Assembly: GCA_039680575.1 (NCBI GenBank)
Contig: JBDKSP010000003.1
Span: 1 to 42,763 of the forward strand
Direction: 5' to 3'
DNA: 42,763 bases
Origin: Armatimonadota bacterium
GTDB taxonomy: Bacteria; Armatimonadota; UBA5829; DTLH01
A program made the translations under genes and the position numbers. Positions 8,212 to 16,728 of this stretch are shown here, piece after piece. The stretch's first letter is position 1. Each line of letters begins with the position of its first letter. Under the pieces are notes generated by a model, which was not told the DNA's origin, searched no databases, and worked only from the letters and a program-made list of their open reading frames with translations.

Positions 8212-11200
8212 TCACGCTATAGGCCAGCCGCCGGACTGGTCGATAATTTCGTCTATTTCGGACATAATCCTGATGGTTTCGGCAAGGGCGGCGGCTATGC
8301 TCCGGTAGTGTTGAAGGTCATCATAAGTCAACACCCGGCCTTTGCGGTCTTTCAGCCATTTCTGGCAGACCTGATAGCCGCCTATATGGAATTCCCATAC
8401 CTCCGGCGGCACATTTTCGAAATACTGCTTCTTGTTTATCCACACTCTGCCGGATTCGGCTCCCTGTCCGGGGGCGGTGTAACGTACATCGCCTACCTTG
8501 TCCTTCATCTCGTCGGACATCGGCAGGTCTACGGGATAGTTCGGCATATCCGGTCCTTGCTTTTCCATCAGATGAAAAGCGACAAGCTCTTCACCGAGCT
8601 TGCACAGTGAGCGGAAGAGTTCCGGGTTGGATGTGAGCGGCACGCGCGGGAAGTCTATCTTCAGAAACTCGGCGTAGCGGGTGCGGTATGTCGGTGAGTG
8701 GAATACGGCATAGATGTAGTCGAACACATCCTCCGGCCCGAATGTCTCTTTCAGGCCGCCTTTGCCGTCTTTTACGAAGCTCATCCCGGTCTTCTTTTCG
8801 ATGTCCGCAATAAACTCCGGCGCAAGGTTCGGTTTCCTGCCTCCCGGCGTATCCGTTTCTATATCTTCATCAAACAGCGATGTCTTGTGCTCGGATGGGT
8901 AGAGGTAGAGGGGAAAGACTTGTCCACCACCACGACGATAATAATTGAAGTCAATAACACATTTTGTTACACTTATTACCCGCCAGTCTGTATCTCCAGT
9001 TACGGCACCACTTCTACCAGCTACAATGGCAATATTCCTATCCTTAAGGAAATTGCGCATAACCTCGCCTCTTGGCATACAATGGAAGCCTCTCGAAGCA
9101 CCTGTAAAATATGTCCATCGAATATCAAATGGCCGATAAAGTATAGGTATTACATTATTCTTTGAAGGTCCGCTTTTGCGAACATCCTCTTGTGCCAGTT
9201 CAACTTTCCAATCTCGTGCATCGCAACCAAGCTCGTACTTAATTCTCGCAGTTTCTTTGTCTAGAACAATGAAATCATTTATTAACTTCCATATATCAAT
9301 ATCTGACCACCTAATCGTCAGTGAATCACGTGCTGTGACAATACCTACACTCGTAGTAATTAATGCATCCGTTATTGAATAATAACTCTCGTATTCGGAG
9401 CGCAACATAATATCTTGCTCTGAAAAAAGATAAAATGGAGACGATGGGTGTAGTATGTTCCATTTTGTGTTATCAATGCAAATATTGGCAAGTGATTTAT
9501 ATTTTGCTTCCCTTGATCCATATACATCTATATGATATACACTAGCTGATTTTGAGTTCTTATTAGTTTGCTTTACCATTATGCAAATCGCCACACCCTG
9601 CTGAATATCGAAAACATTCTCATCTTTGCTCCCGTCCGGCGCAGTTTCTTTCTTCTTACTGTTGCCGTGAAGGTCCAGAATGTAAATGTCATCAAAAGTT
9701 TCCATCAGGCTTTGGCGCATGCCTCGGAATGTAGGGTTATCGAGATAGCCATGATTTGTAATAAACGCTAAGATACCATAGCCCGTCTGCTCTATCCGCC
9801 ACTGGGAAAAACGGATAAATTTTACATAGTCATCATTCAGCCACTTGGGGTTCTTTTCGCCTAAAGGCTTGCCGTCTACCTCGAAATAATTCTCTGTAGC
9901 CTGCCCGGTCATTGTATCTTTACCGTGAAGCAGGTTGTGAATCCATTCTCCCTTGTTAGCTGAATGCCCGGAATACGGCGGGTTGCCCAGAACCACCATA
10001 ATCGGGAAATCCCGTTTGACTTCGCCTGCGCCGTTGGCTTCTTCGGCCACCTTTTGCGCCCACAGCGTCAGATCGTCGGCTTTGAACGCCTCTTCAAGCG
10101 TGTTGGTGAGGTATATCTTGAGCCGTTCATCAGAACCAAAGTCGTAGCCTGTCTCTTTCAACTGCAGACCGAGCTTCAAATGCGCCACGGCATACGGAGC
10201 CATTAAAAGTTCGAACCCGAACAGCCTCGGCAGCAGGTGCTTTTGCACATAGGCCGGCCACATACCCTGGTTGCCCTCGAACGAGTCGTGTATCTGCTTT
10301 ATAACCTGGAAAAGAAACGTCCCCGTACCTGTGGCGGGGTCGAGTATCTGCACCTTGTGGACTTCCTTTTCCTCCTCATCCCTGGTCTTGATCTTCACCA
10401 TAGACGAGTCCGCAAGCCCGCCCGGAAGTCCGAAATCCGTTTTCAATATATGATCGACGCTCCGAACAATGTAGGAAACCACCGGCTCCGGCGTGTAATA
10501 GACACCTCTTGCCTCTCGCATGGCCGGGTTATACTCGGAAAGAAAAGTCTCGTAAAAATGGACGACCGGGTCCTCTCTGCGGGTGCGTTTGCCGAAATCT
10601 TCCAGAATAGCCGCCATGTCTGTCCGCTCCAGAAGCGAAGCCAGATCATCGACCGCCCACACATAAGGCTGGTCTTCCAGCTCTAGCCCGGCGAAATGCG
10701 AGAACAGGTCACGTAAAAACGGGTTGGTCTTTGGTATGTCGAACGGCGCGGTGCGCCTGCTGAACTGTTTCGATGGGTCGTGGTTGCACCTGGCGGCGAA
10801 CAGCCCATAGCAAAGGGTCTGCGTATACATATCGGCGAACTCTTCTTCGGTAAGGTTGTGAAGCAGGACCTTGCGGAACCCTTCCATCAGCCTTCTCAAG
10901 GAGCCGTTTTCCTCTTCTTTGAGGATAGTATCCATCACTTCAGGCCGTATAGCGCGGGCAAGCCGCGCCATTCTCTCCGCAAGCTGTTTCGGATTATCGA
11001 CTGTGGGAATGTCGGCCTTGAGGAACGATGTCAGCAGTTCTTCTGCCGCTGCCTCACCGTTTTCGACCGGCCAGAGCTTTCCGTCCGGACCGGCCGTCGC
11101 AAGCCGCGCGACCATCCTCCGCTTTCCCAGCACATACCAGCGGAACTCCAGGTAATCCGTAAGTACCAGATTACCCAGGTTGAAATAACGCTTCAACTGA

Positions 11201-11460
11201 TCGGTCTTTTCGATGTCGTCGAGCGACTTACCGACATCCTTAGTCTCGATATAGCCAAGAGGTGTCTCGCTCTTGGTAATAATAAAGTCCGGCGCGCCGC
11301 ATGCCACTCGCTTGGGCTCATTAGTCGCAATAATCCCCGGTATTAGTGACTGGACGAGCGTTTTCAGCGCAGGCCGATGGGTATGCTCCGTCGCGTTGCC
11401 TGCTTTAAGCTCTTTCGACAATTGCTTTTGATACTGCTCAAATGGTGTAAAGTCCGGCAT
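8212..11460 (-). CDS. Single-polypeptide restriction-modification enzyme (type IIG-like: nuclease + N6-adenine MTase + type-ISP/LlaBIII-like C-terminal specificity domain)
   Basis: N-terminal PD-(D/E)xK-like APDF...IETK; GVYYTP; motif I DPATGTGTF; motif IV GNPPY; C-terminal YRPFD...FPRVP...IGGYQVCQKWLKDRK. No helicase motifs seen. Confidence 0.88.
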   Translation of the reverse strand: MPDFTPFEQYQKQLSKELKAGNATEHTHRPALKTLVQSLIPGIIATNEPKRVACGAPDFIITKSETPLGYIETKDVGKSLDDIEKTDQLKRYFNLGNLVLTDYLEFRWYVLGKRRMVARLATAGPDGKLWPVENGEAAAEELLTSFLKADIPTVDNPKQLAERMARLARAIRPEVMDTILKEEENGSLRRLMEGFRKVLLHNLTEEEFADMYTQTLCYGLFAARCNHDPSKQFSRRTAPFDIPKTNPFLRDLFSHFAGLELEDQPYVWAVDDLASLLERTDMAAILEDFGKRTRREDPVVHFYETFLSEYNPAMREARGVYYTPEPVVSYIVRSVDHILKTDFGLPGGLADSSMVKIKTRDEEEKEVHKVQILDPATGTGTFLFQVIKQIHDSFEGNQGMWPAYVQKHLLPRLFGFELLMAPYAVAHLKLGLQLKETGYDFGSDERLKIYLTNTLEEAFKADDLTLWAQKVAEEANGAGEVKRDFPIMVVLGNPPYSGHSANKGEWIHNLLHGKDTMTGQATENYFEVDGKPLGEKNPKWLNDDYVKFIRFSQWRIEQTGYGILAFITNHGYLDNPTFRGMRQSLMETFDDIYILDLHGNSKKKETAPDGSKDENVFDIQQGVAICIMVKQTNKNSKSASVYHIDVYGSREAKYKSLANICIDNTKWNILHPSSPFYLFSEQDIMLRSEYESYYSITDALITTSVGIVTARDSLTIRWSDIDIWKLINDFIVLDKETARIKYELGCDARDWKVELAQEDVRKSGPSKNNVIPILYRPFDIRWTYFTGASRGFHCMPRGEVMRNFLKDRNIAIVAGRSGAVTGDTDWRVISVTKCVIDFNYYRRGGGQVFPLYLYPSEHKTSLFDEDIETDTPGGRKPNLAPEFIADIEKKTGMSFVKDGKGGLKETFGPEDVFDYIYAVFHSPTYRTRYAEFLKIDFPRVPLTSNPELFRSLCKLGEELVAFHLMEKQGPDMPNYPVDLPMSDEMKDKVGDVRYTAPGQGAESGRVWINKKQYFENVPPEVWEFHIGGYQVCQKWLKDRKGRVLTYDDLQHYRSIAAALAETIRIMSEIDEIIDQSGGWPIA

Positions 11461-11813
11461 GTCTGGTGTGCTCCTCTTACTGCTTTCTTAGTCTTACGCG
11501 TGGAGTGTTCCTTCCAATTTCAGCTTTCCAGGCACGAAAGAGGGGACAAAAGGGTCCAAAATATAAAGATTTAGGGAGATACGCTATATTCTCACTATTC
11601 GCATTTCAAAAGCTGACGATTGTCCCGCTATTTTCTGAATTTCCTTTCTTTAGTTTCCAATAGATGTCTACCTGCTAAAAATTTGTTTAAAAATGTTGAG
11701 TTCTTGGGAATCTTTTTCACCAATTTCGTCGTCAAATAGATGAGACAGATGTAAAGGGCAGGATAGAACTAACTGTAATCCGTAAAAATTCCTGTTATGG
11801 GTCTGTACCTTTG

Positions 11814-11822
11814 TGGTATAAT
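11814..11822 (+). promoter_or_regulatory. Extended -10 promoter for greA
   Basis: TGGTATAAT (TGn + perfect TATAAT), about 110 nt upstream of greA. Confidence 0.7.
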
Positions 11823-11851
11823 CCTAGCGGATCGGCACAGTATGTTCTGTC

Positions 11852-11901
11852 AAGCACTGGTTAGCCTGCATATGTGGGTGGGCCAGTGCTTAGTTTGTTA
11901 T
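11852..11901 (+). promoter_or_regulatory. Structured greA leader hairpin (candidate attenuator)
   Basis: AAGCACTGG (11852-11860) pairs with CCAGTGCTT (11883-11891), extended inward by G-U-rich pairs and followed by a T-rich stretch. Confidence 0.5.
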
Positions 11902-11932
11902 TGCCATAGATCAGACCGAGAGGTGACGTCCA

Positions 11933-12412
11933 ATGCAAACAGACAAAGAGATTGTCTTAACAGCGAGTGGGCTTAAAAGGATAGAACAGGAGCTTGAGCA
12001 TCTTGTAACGGTGCAGCGAAAACGTGTCGCCGATCGAATACGTGATTCCAAGCAGTTCGGAGAGGTTACCGAAAACGCTGAATACGAAGATGCCAAAACA
12101 GAACAGGCATTTGTCGAAGGCAAGATTGACGAGCTCAAGAGAATCCTTACGCACGCCCATGTCATTGAAGATGATGAGGTGCTGACAGATTGTGTCTGCA
12201 TCGGATCGATAGTGAAAGTGCGCGATCTGGAAACAACCGACGAGTGGGAATATTTTATTGTCGGGTCGGTGGAAGCCAATCCGGCCGAAGATAAGATTTC
12301 GAACGAGTCTCCTGTAGGGGAGGCGCTTATGGGTCGAAAAATTGGTGAAAAGGTCCAGGTTGAAATTCCGGCAGGCATGGCCCGCTACGAAATCGTCGGT
12401 ATCAGAAAGTAG
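11933..12412 (+). CDS. greA: Transcription elongation factor GreA
   Basis: GEVTENAEYEDAK coiled-coil tip, ISNESPVGEAL, C-terminal VEIPAG; GAGGTG RBS. Confidence 0.95.
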   Translation: MQTDKEIVLTASGLKRIEQELEHLVTVQRKRVADRIRDSKQFGEVTENAEYEDAKTEQAFVEGKIDELKRILTHAHVIEDDEVLTDCVCIGSIVKVRDLETTDEWEYFIVGSVEANPAEDKISNESPVGEALMGRKIGEKVQVEIPAGMARYEIVGIRK

Positions 12413-12447
12413 CTTTCCATATAGAGGAATATCATAAAGATTGATAG

Positions 12448-12497
12448 AAGGTGGGAGTGTAAAGGTTCCGCAAGGGCTTTTACACTCCCACTTTTTT
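12448..12497 (+). terminator. Strong rho-independent terminator between greA and lysS
   Basis: GTGGGAGTGTAAAGGTTCC-GCAA-GGGCTTTTACACTCCCAC followed by TTTTTT. Confidence 0.8.
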
Positions 12498-12527
12498 GTG
12501 TGAGACATATAGAGGAGAAATTAAGTA

Positions 12528-14027
12528 ATGAGCCTGGTACCTGAACAGGAAAACGACCTTATTAGAGCACGAATGGCAAAGCTGCAGGAGATGCGCGAGC
12601 AGGGTATGGACCCGTTTGCGGTTGAGCGTTATGAGCGAACGCACCTTGCCAAAGATATTATTTCGGACTTCGATCAGCTTGAGAACCAGACAGTCAAAGC
12701 TGCAGGCCGCGTCACCGCCATCCGGGAGATGGGCAAGGCCAGCTTTGCGCACATAGAAGACCGCTCCGGGAAGATTCAGCTTTACTTCCGCCGCGATGAA
12801 CTCGCCGATGAATACCGCAACGTCCACCTGATGGACCTGGGGGACTTCATCGGAGTCGAAGGTTTCGTCTTCAGGACCAGGACCGGAGAGATTTCTATCC
12901 ACGTACAAAACGTGATGATGCTCTCCAAAGCACTTCGCCCGCCCCCCTATGGCAAGCAGAAGGGCGAGGAGCAGTGGTATGGGCTGCAGGATGTAGAGCA
13001 GCGCTACCGCCAGCGCTATCTGGACCTCATCGTAAATCCAGAGTCAAAAGATGCGTTCGAGAAGCGGAGCAAGATCATAACGGCAATCCGCAGTTTCTAC
13101 GACAGCCGCGATTACCTGGAAGTCGAGACCCCGGTGCTCCAGTCCGTAGCCGGAGGAGCTGCCGCAAGGCCGTTTTTGACGTACCACAACGCGCTCGAGC
13201 ATCAGTTCCACCTCAGAATATCGCTGGAGCTGTACTTAAAGCGGCTCGTGGTCGGCGGGTTCGAGCGGGTCTACGAGATCGGCAGGGTCTTCAGAAACGA
13301 AGGGCTTTCCACCAGGCACAACCCGGAGTTTACACTGCTTGAGAGCTACGAAGCCTACGCGAACCTCGAAGACATGATGAAACTCGTGGAAGATATGTTT
13401 GCTGAAATCTGCCAAAAGCTCTACGGCGGCACCAAGTTCATGTATCAGGGGCAAGAGATCGATGTTACCCCGCCGTGGACGCGTTTGCCCATGCTGGAAG
13501 GAATCGAGAAGTACGCCGGAGTCAAGCCGGAGGAGTTTGCGACACTTGAGAGCGCAAAGGCCGCCATGGAGCGTGTGGGGCTTCCGACCGAGCACGAGGA
13601 TCTGGTAGGCGGGATCATCGAGAAGATCCATGAGCGGTTCGTTCAACCGAACCTTATCCAGCCGACGTTCATTACGGACTTCCCGGCAGAGACTTCGCCG
13701 CTTGCAAAGAAGGTCCCCGGCAACCCGAACCTTACCCGAAGGTTCGAGGTCTATATCGGCGCGCAGGAGACCGGAAACGCGTTTTCCGAGATCAACGACC
13801 CGATAGACCAGAAAGAAAGGTTCATTAAGCAGTCCGAAAGGCGCGCTGCGGGAGATGTGGAAGCGCACCCAATGGATGAAGACTTCATCCAGGCGCTGGA
13901 ATACGGCATGCCCCCGACCGGAGGGCTCGGGATCGGCATCGACAGGCTCATAATACTCTTCACCGACCAGGAAGCGATCCGAGACGTCATCCTCTTCCCG
14001 CAGATGAAGCCGGAAAAGGCGGAGTGA
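12528..14027 (+). CDS. lysS: Lysine--tRNA ligase (class II)
   Basis: OB-fold N-terminus, RYRQRYLDL, GGAAARPF, motif 2 FRNEG...HNPEF, motif 3 YGMPPTGGLGIGIDRL. Confidence 0.98.
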   Translation: MSLVPEQENDLIRARMAKLQEMREQGMDPFAVERYERTHLAKDIISDFDQLENQTVKAAGRVTAIREMGKASFAHIEDRSGKIQLYFRRDELADEYRNVHLMDLGDFIGVEGFVFRTRTGEISIHVQNVMMLSKALRPPPYGKQKGEEQWYGLQDVEQRYRQRYLDLIVNPESKDAFEKRSKIITAIRSFYDSRDYLEVETPVLQSVAGGAAARPFLTYHNALEHQFHLRISLELYLKRLVVGGFERVYEIGRVFRNEGLSTRHNPEFTLLESYEAYANLEDMMKLVEDMFAEICQKLYGGTKFMYQGQEIDVTPPWTRLPMLEGIEKYAGVKPEEFATLESAKAAMERVGLPTEHEDLVGGIIEKIHERFVQPNLIQPTFITDFPAETSPLAKKVPGNPNLTRRFEVYIGAQETGNAFSEINDPIDQKERFIKQSERRAAGDVEAHPMDEDFIQALEYGMPPTGGLGIGIDRLIILFTDQEAIRDVILFPQMKPEKAE

Positions 14028-14054
14028 TAGGTGTACAGTGCTCAGGCCGTGCGT

Positions 14055-14075
14055 GAATGTCGATATGGAGGGCTT
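14055..14075 (+). repeat. 21-bp direct repeat, copy 1
   Basis: GAATGTCGATATGGAGGGCTT, identical at 15637-15657. Both copies are preceded by TCAGGCCG (14042-14049 and 15628-15635). Confidence 0.9.
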
Positions 14076-14080
14076 TTCAA

Positions 14081-14320
14081 TTGACAGCAAACATCTTGTG
14101 CATGCTGTTTTCAGCTATTGCAGCAGTGTTGATATTTGTTAAACGCAGACAAGGCGGTGAAGCGAGATGGTATTTAGTAATGGGTGCTGGATTTGCGTTT
14201 CTCGCATATGAATTTTTCACGCAAGGGCGCAACTTGTCCGGCTTACCCGGTGCAGTTGGGGTTGCCATAGGTATGCTGGGGCTGCTTGGTGAAGCTTATG
14301 GAGTAGTTGGCAAGAGGTGA
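14081..14320 (+). CDS. Small three-helix membrane protein
   Basis: Three hydrophobic segments. TTG start at 14081 lies 9 nt after GGAGG (14067-14071); the track ORF starts at 14057. Confidence 0.6.
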   Translation: MTANILCMLFSAIAAVLIFVKRRQGGEARWYLVMGAGFAFLAYEFFTQGRNLSGLPGAVGVAIGMLGLLGEAYGVVGKR

Positions 14321-14359
14321 ACATACCAATTCGTGGAATGGGAGGAGGAATTGGTTTAG

Positions 14360-15337
14360 ATGAGTGATAAATGCGTGTTATGCGGCAGAGAATGCAAACG
14401 AAACAATGATTTTATGCGTGACATACTATATTATTCCTGCATATCCTGTGGAGACTATGCTGTAACAGCTGATGTTGAGAGTGATTATCTATCTCGTATG
14501 GATCAAGTATTGAAATATCGGATAGCGGCATGTGCACAAGAGCGAAACATTCGAGGCCTCCCAAAGTTAAGGCTTTATTCCAGTGAGCCAACAGATAATG
14601 TGCCTGACGGGGCGTATACGCTGAATTACGTGCTTGATACAATTTTCCCTTCTCGCATTCAAGATCGTTTTGATCGGGTGCTGGGCAACCTTACCAGAAA
14701 GACAGCTGCTCCAGGGGATACCATTAGCTTAAGTCTGGAAACAGACCTCCCAACATTGTTTGCTGAATCAACGACATCCGCCCGATTTATTTTGGCAGAG
14801 TTGCATGATCTTGGTTACATTAACTTAAGACCAATCTACGATATGACTGCCGATATTATCGTAAAAGCAACGGGCATTGAAAGAATTCAGCGTCTTGAGG
14901 AATCTGAGGGGCGCGAACAATCAAAGCAGGCTTTTGTTGCAATGTGGTTCAACAAAGAACTTAATGATGTTTTCAATAAAGGTATTAAGACTGCTGCTGC
15001 TGATTGTGGTTTCAAAGTACACCGTATAGATACCAAGGAAACGAATCAAAAAATCTGCGATGAGATAATTGCAGAAATAAGGCGCAGCAGGTTTTTGATT
15101 GCTGATTTTACAGGTTCTCGGGGAGGAGTATATTTTGAAGCGGGTTTTGCCCTGGGGCTGGGTATACCAGTGATCTGGACCTGCAGGAATAAAAAGGAAG
15201 ATATTGATTCTCTTCACTTTGATACGAGGCAATATTGCCATATTCTTTGGAATGACGCGGAAGATATGAGGTTTCAGCTTCGAAACCGTATAGCAGCAAC
15301 TATACCAGGCGCAAAGCTGGTTAATCAGCAGCAATAG
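14360..15337 (+). CDS. Zn-finger (CxxC...CxxC) protein with a C-terminal nucleoside-2-deoxyribosyltransferase/TIR-like domain
   Basis: CVLC...CISC at the N-terminus; C-terminal AFVAMWF...IIAEIRRSRFLIADFTGSRGGVYFEAGFALGLGIPVIWTC...HFD; GGAGGAGG RBS; AT-richer than lysS. Confidence 0.8.
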   Translation: MSDKCVLCGRECKRNNDFMRDILYYSCISCGDYAVTADVESDYLSRMDQVLKYRIAACAQERNIRGLPKLRLYSSEPTDNVPDGAYTLNYVLDTIFPSRIQDRFDRVLGNLTRKTAAPGDTISLSLETDLPTLFAESTTSARFILAELHDLGYINLRPIYDMTADIIVKATGIERIQRLEESEGREQSKQAFVAMWFNKELNDVFNKGIKTAAADCGFKVHRIDTKETNQKICDEIIAEIRRSRFLIADFTGSRGGVYFEAGFALGLGIPVIWTCRNKKEDIDSLHFDTRQYCHILWNDAEDMRFQLRNRIAATIPGAKLVNQQQ

Positions 15338-15364
15338 CATAAAATATTCAAATGATTTGTTGAT

Positions 15365-15414
15365 AGACCGAGGGATCCATGCCTCGGTCTGAATTTTCCC
15401 GGGCATCCATGCCC
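15365..15414. repeat. Two REP-like hairpins sharing an ATCCATGCC core
   Basis: AGACCGAGG/CCTCGGTCT (15365-15390) and GGGCAT/ATGCCC (15401-15414), just after the TIR/NDT-like gene. Confidence 0.55.
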
Positions 15415-15627
15415 TGCACATAATTGAAAGTGGAGTCTTTCGCTAGTTCCTCCACAGGAAACAATGGCGTTGACAAATCGATTCTGTGTCCAAGAAATGC
15501 GTATATAGATGATGTAGCCTGCTTTTGGACCAGTTCGGTAGTAGTGTTCATACTTGTTTTGAGAAGTCCTACTGTTGCAAAGCGGTTGACGATAGACAAT
15601 ACCAGACGGATGGTAGTCACAGAACGT

Positions 15628-15681
15628 TCAGGCCGCGAATGTCGATATGGAGGGCTTCGGCGCGTTTTTTTGCGCCGAAGC
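15628..15681 (+). repeat. 21-bp direct repeat, copy 2, fused to a GCTTCGGCGC...GCGCCGAAGC hairpin
   Basis: 15637-15657 is identical to 14055-14075. The hairpin at 15654-15681 is nearly identical to 29099-29124. Confidence 0.85.
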
Positions 15682-15714
15682 ATACAGCATGCAAAAATTA
15701 TCGACATAAATTTG

Positions 15715-15723
15715 TGGTATAAT
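15715..15723 (+). promoter_or_regulatory. Extended -10 promoter for the small ORF / ART-like pair
   Basis: TTTGTGGTATAAT, the same string as the greA promoter region. Confidence 0.65.
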
Positions 15724-15807
15724 TCAGTTTTAGGCGGCGAGCTTTTGGCCGCCTGAAATTCCCATAAATACGCATGTTGTTGGCTTGTTTGATTAAGGGA
15801 GACTTTT

Positions 15808-15981
15808 ATGGCATCTGTGATGACTGTCGAAGAGATGAGGATTCTGAAGGAAAACCTTGAGTCGACTCAAAAGCGCGTAAGTGGTAATCGCAAGGAAGCC
15901 ATTCGTGTGCTGCATGAAGCCGGTATTGTTACAAAGAAAGGGAAACTAGCTTCTCCATATCGGTCAACGCAGGATAAATGA
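15808..15981 (+). CDS. 57-aa basic protein missing from the ORF track (candidate antitoxin/partner)
   Basis: MASVMTVEEMRILKENLESTQKRVSGNRKEAIRVLHEAGIVTKKGKLASPYRSTQDK*; AAGGGAG RBS; ends 9 nt before the next ATG. Confidence 0.75.
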   Translation: MASVMTVEEMRILKENLESTQKRVSGNRKEAIRVLHEAGIVTKKGKLASPYRSTQDK

Positions 15982-15990
15982 CACACGATA

Positions 15991-16602
15991 ATGTATACAA
16001 CGTTACCGGCGTTTGTATTAGGGTTTCACGGATGCGATCAATCTGTAGTAGATAAGGTTGTTAGCGGGAGTAGTTCCCTGCAACGCAGCAAAAATGACTA
16101 TGACTGGCTAGGGCACGGTATCTACTTCTGGGAAAACGATCCCGCACGTGCTTTGGAATATGCTGAGATGCTTAAGCGCCATCCCAGACGTGGACAAGTC
16201 CAAATCTCACGGCCTGCCGTGCTTGGAGCAGTAATCAACCTTGGATATTGTCTGAACCTTATGGAAGCAGATGCACTCGAATTATTAAGGTCAGCGTATG
16301 ATAGCCTTAAGACTTCTTTCGAGAATGCTGGCGAGAATCTACCGATCAACGCACCTGGATCAGGCAATCGAAATGACCTCCTCTTGCGCCAGCTTGATTG
16401 CGCTATTATACAATTTCTCCACAGAGAAAAGACCGGACGCCAGTTTGATACTGTGCGAGGTCTCTTTTTTGAGGGCGAAGACCTTTATCCTAATGCCGGA
16501 TTCAAGATAAAGAATCACATCCAGATTTGCGTGAGAAATCCCAACTGTATCAAAGGCTATTTTCTTCCTCGAATGCCGGACAATGATTACCCAATTCCTT
16601 GA
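15991..16602 (+). CDS. Putative ADP-ribosyltransferase-fold protein
   Basis: FHG strand-1 motif, WLGHGIYFWE (G-x-G-x-Y-F), late HIQICVR. This matches the H-Y-(E/Q) ART pattern. Confidence 0.7.
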   Translation: MYTTLPAFVLGFHGCDQSVVDKVVSGSSSLQRSKNDYDWLGHGIYFWENDPARALEYAEMLKRHPRRGQVQISRPAVLGAVINLGYCLNLMEADALELLRSAYDSLKTSFENAGENLPINAPGSGNRNDLLLRQLDCAIIQFLHREKTGRQFDTVRGLFFEGEDLYPNAGFKIKNHIQICVRNPNCIKGYFLPRMPDNDYPIP

Positions 16603-16728
16603 AAATGCTAAGCATATTTAGTGAGAATAAATGAAATGGACTTGTCTTTGAAATTTGGCATGTCATTCTCCGAATCGCCTGTCGGCACCATCCCAATCAA
16701 ACTACTTAAGCTCATACGGAGGCATTTG

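Noticed and set aside
11461..11810. tRNA or other ncRNA in the AT-rich gap between the RM gene and greA
   Set aside because: No cloverleaf, T-loop consensus or other recognisable RNA motif was found; it is best explained as divergent promoter DNA.
12440..12497. T-box riboswitch upstream of lysS (AAGGTGGGA resembles the T-box start)
   Set aside because: The ACC of UGGNACC is missing, and only about 35 nt separate the greA stop from the hairpin, leaving no room for stem I.
15348..15756. ORFs 15348-15707 (-), 15424-15756 (+) and 15525-15722 (+)
   Set aside because: They run through palindromic repeats and a promoter, with no family motifs or convincing RBS; probably non-coding or decayed.
14028..16620. 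Integron cassette array or prophage remnant
   Set aside because: No integrase, no recognisable attC (RYYYAAC...GTTRRRY) structures and no phage genes were seen.
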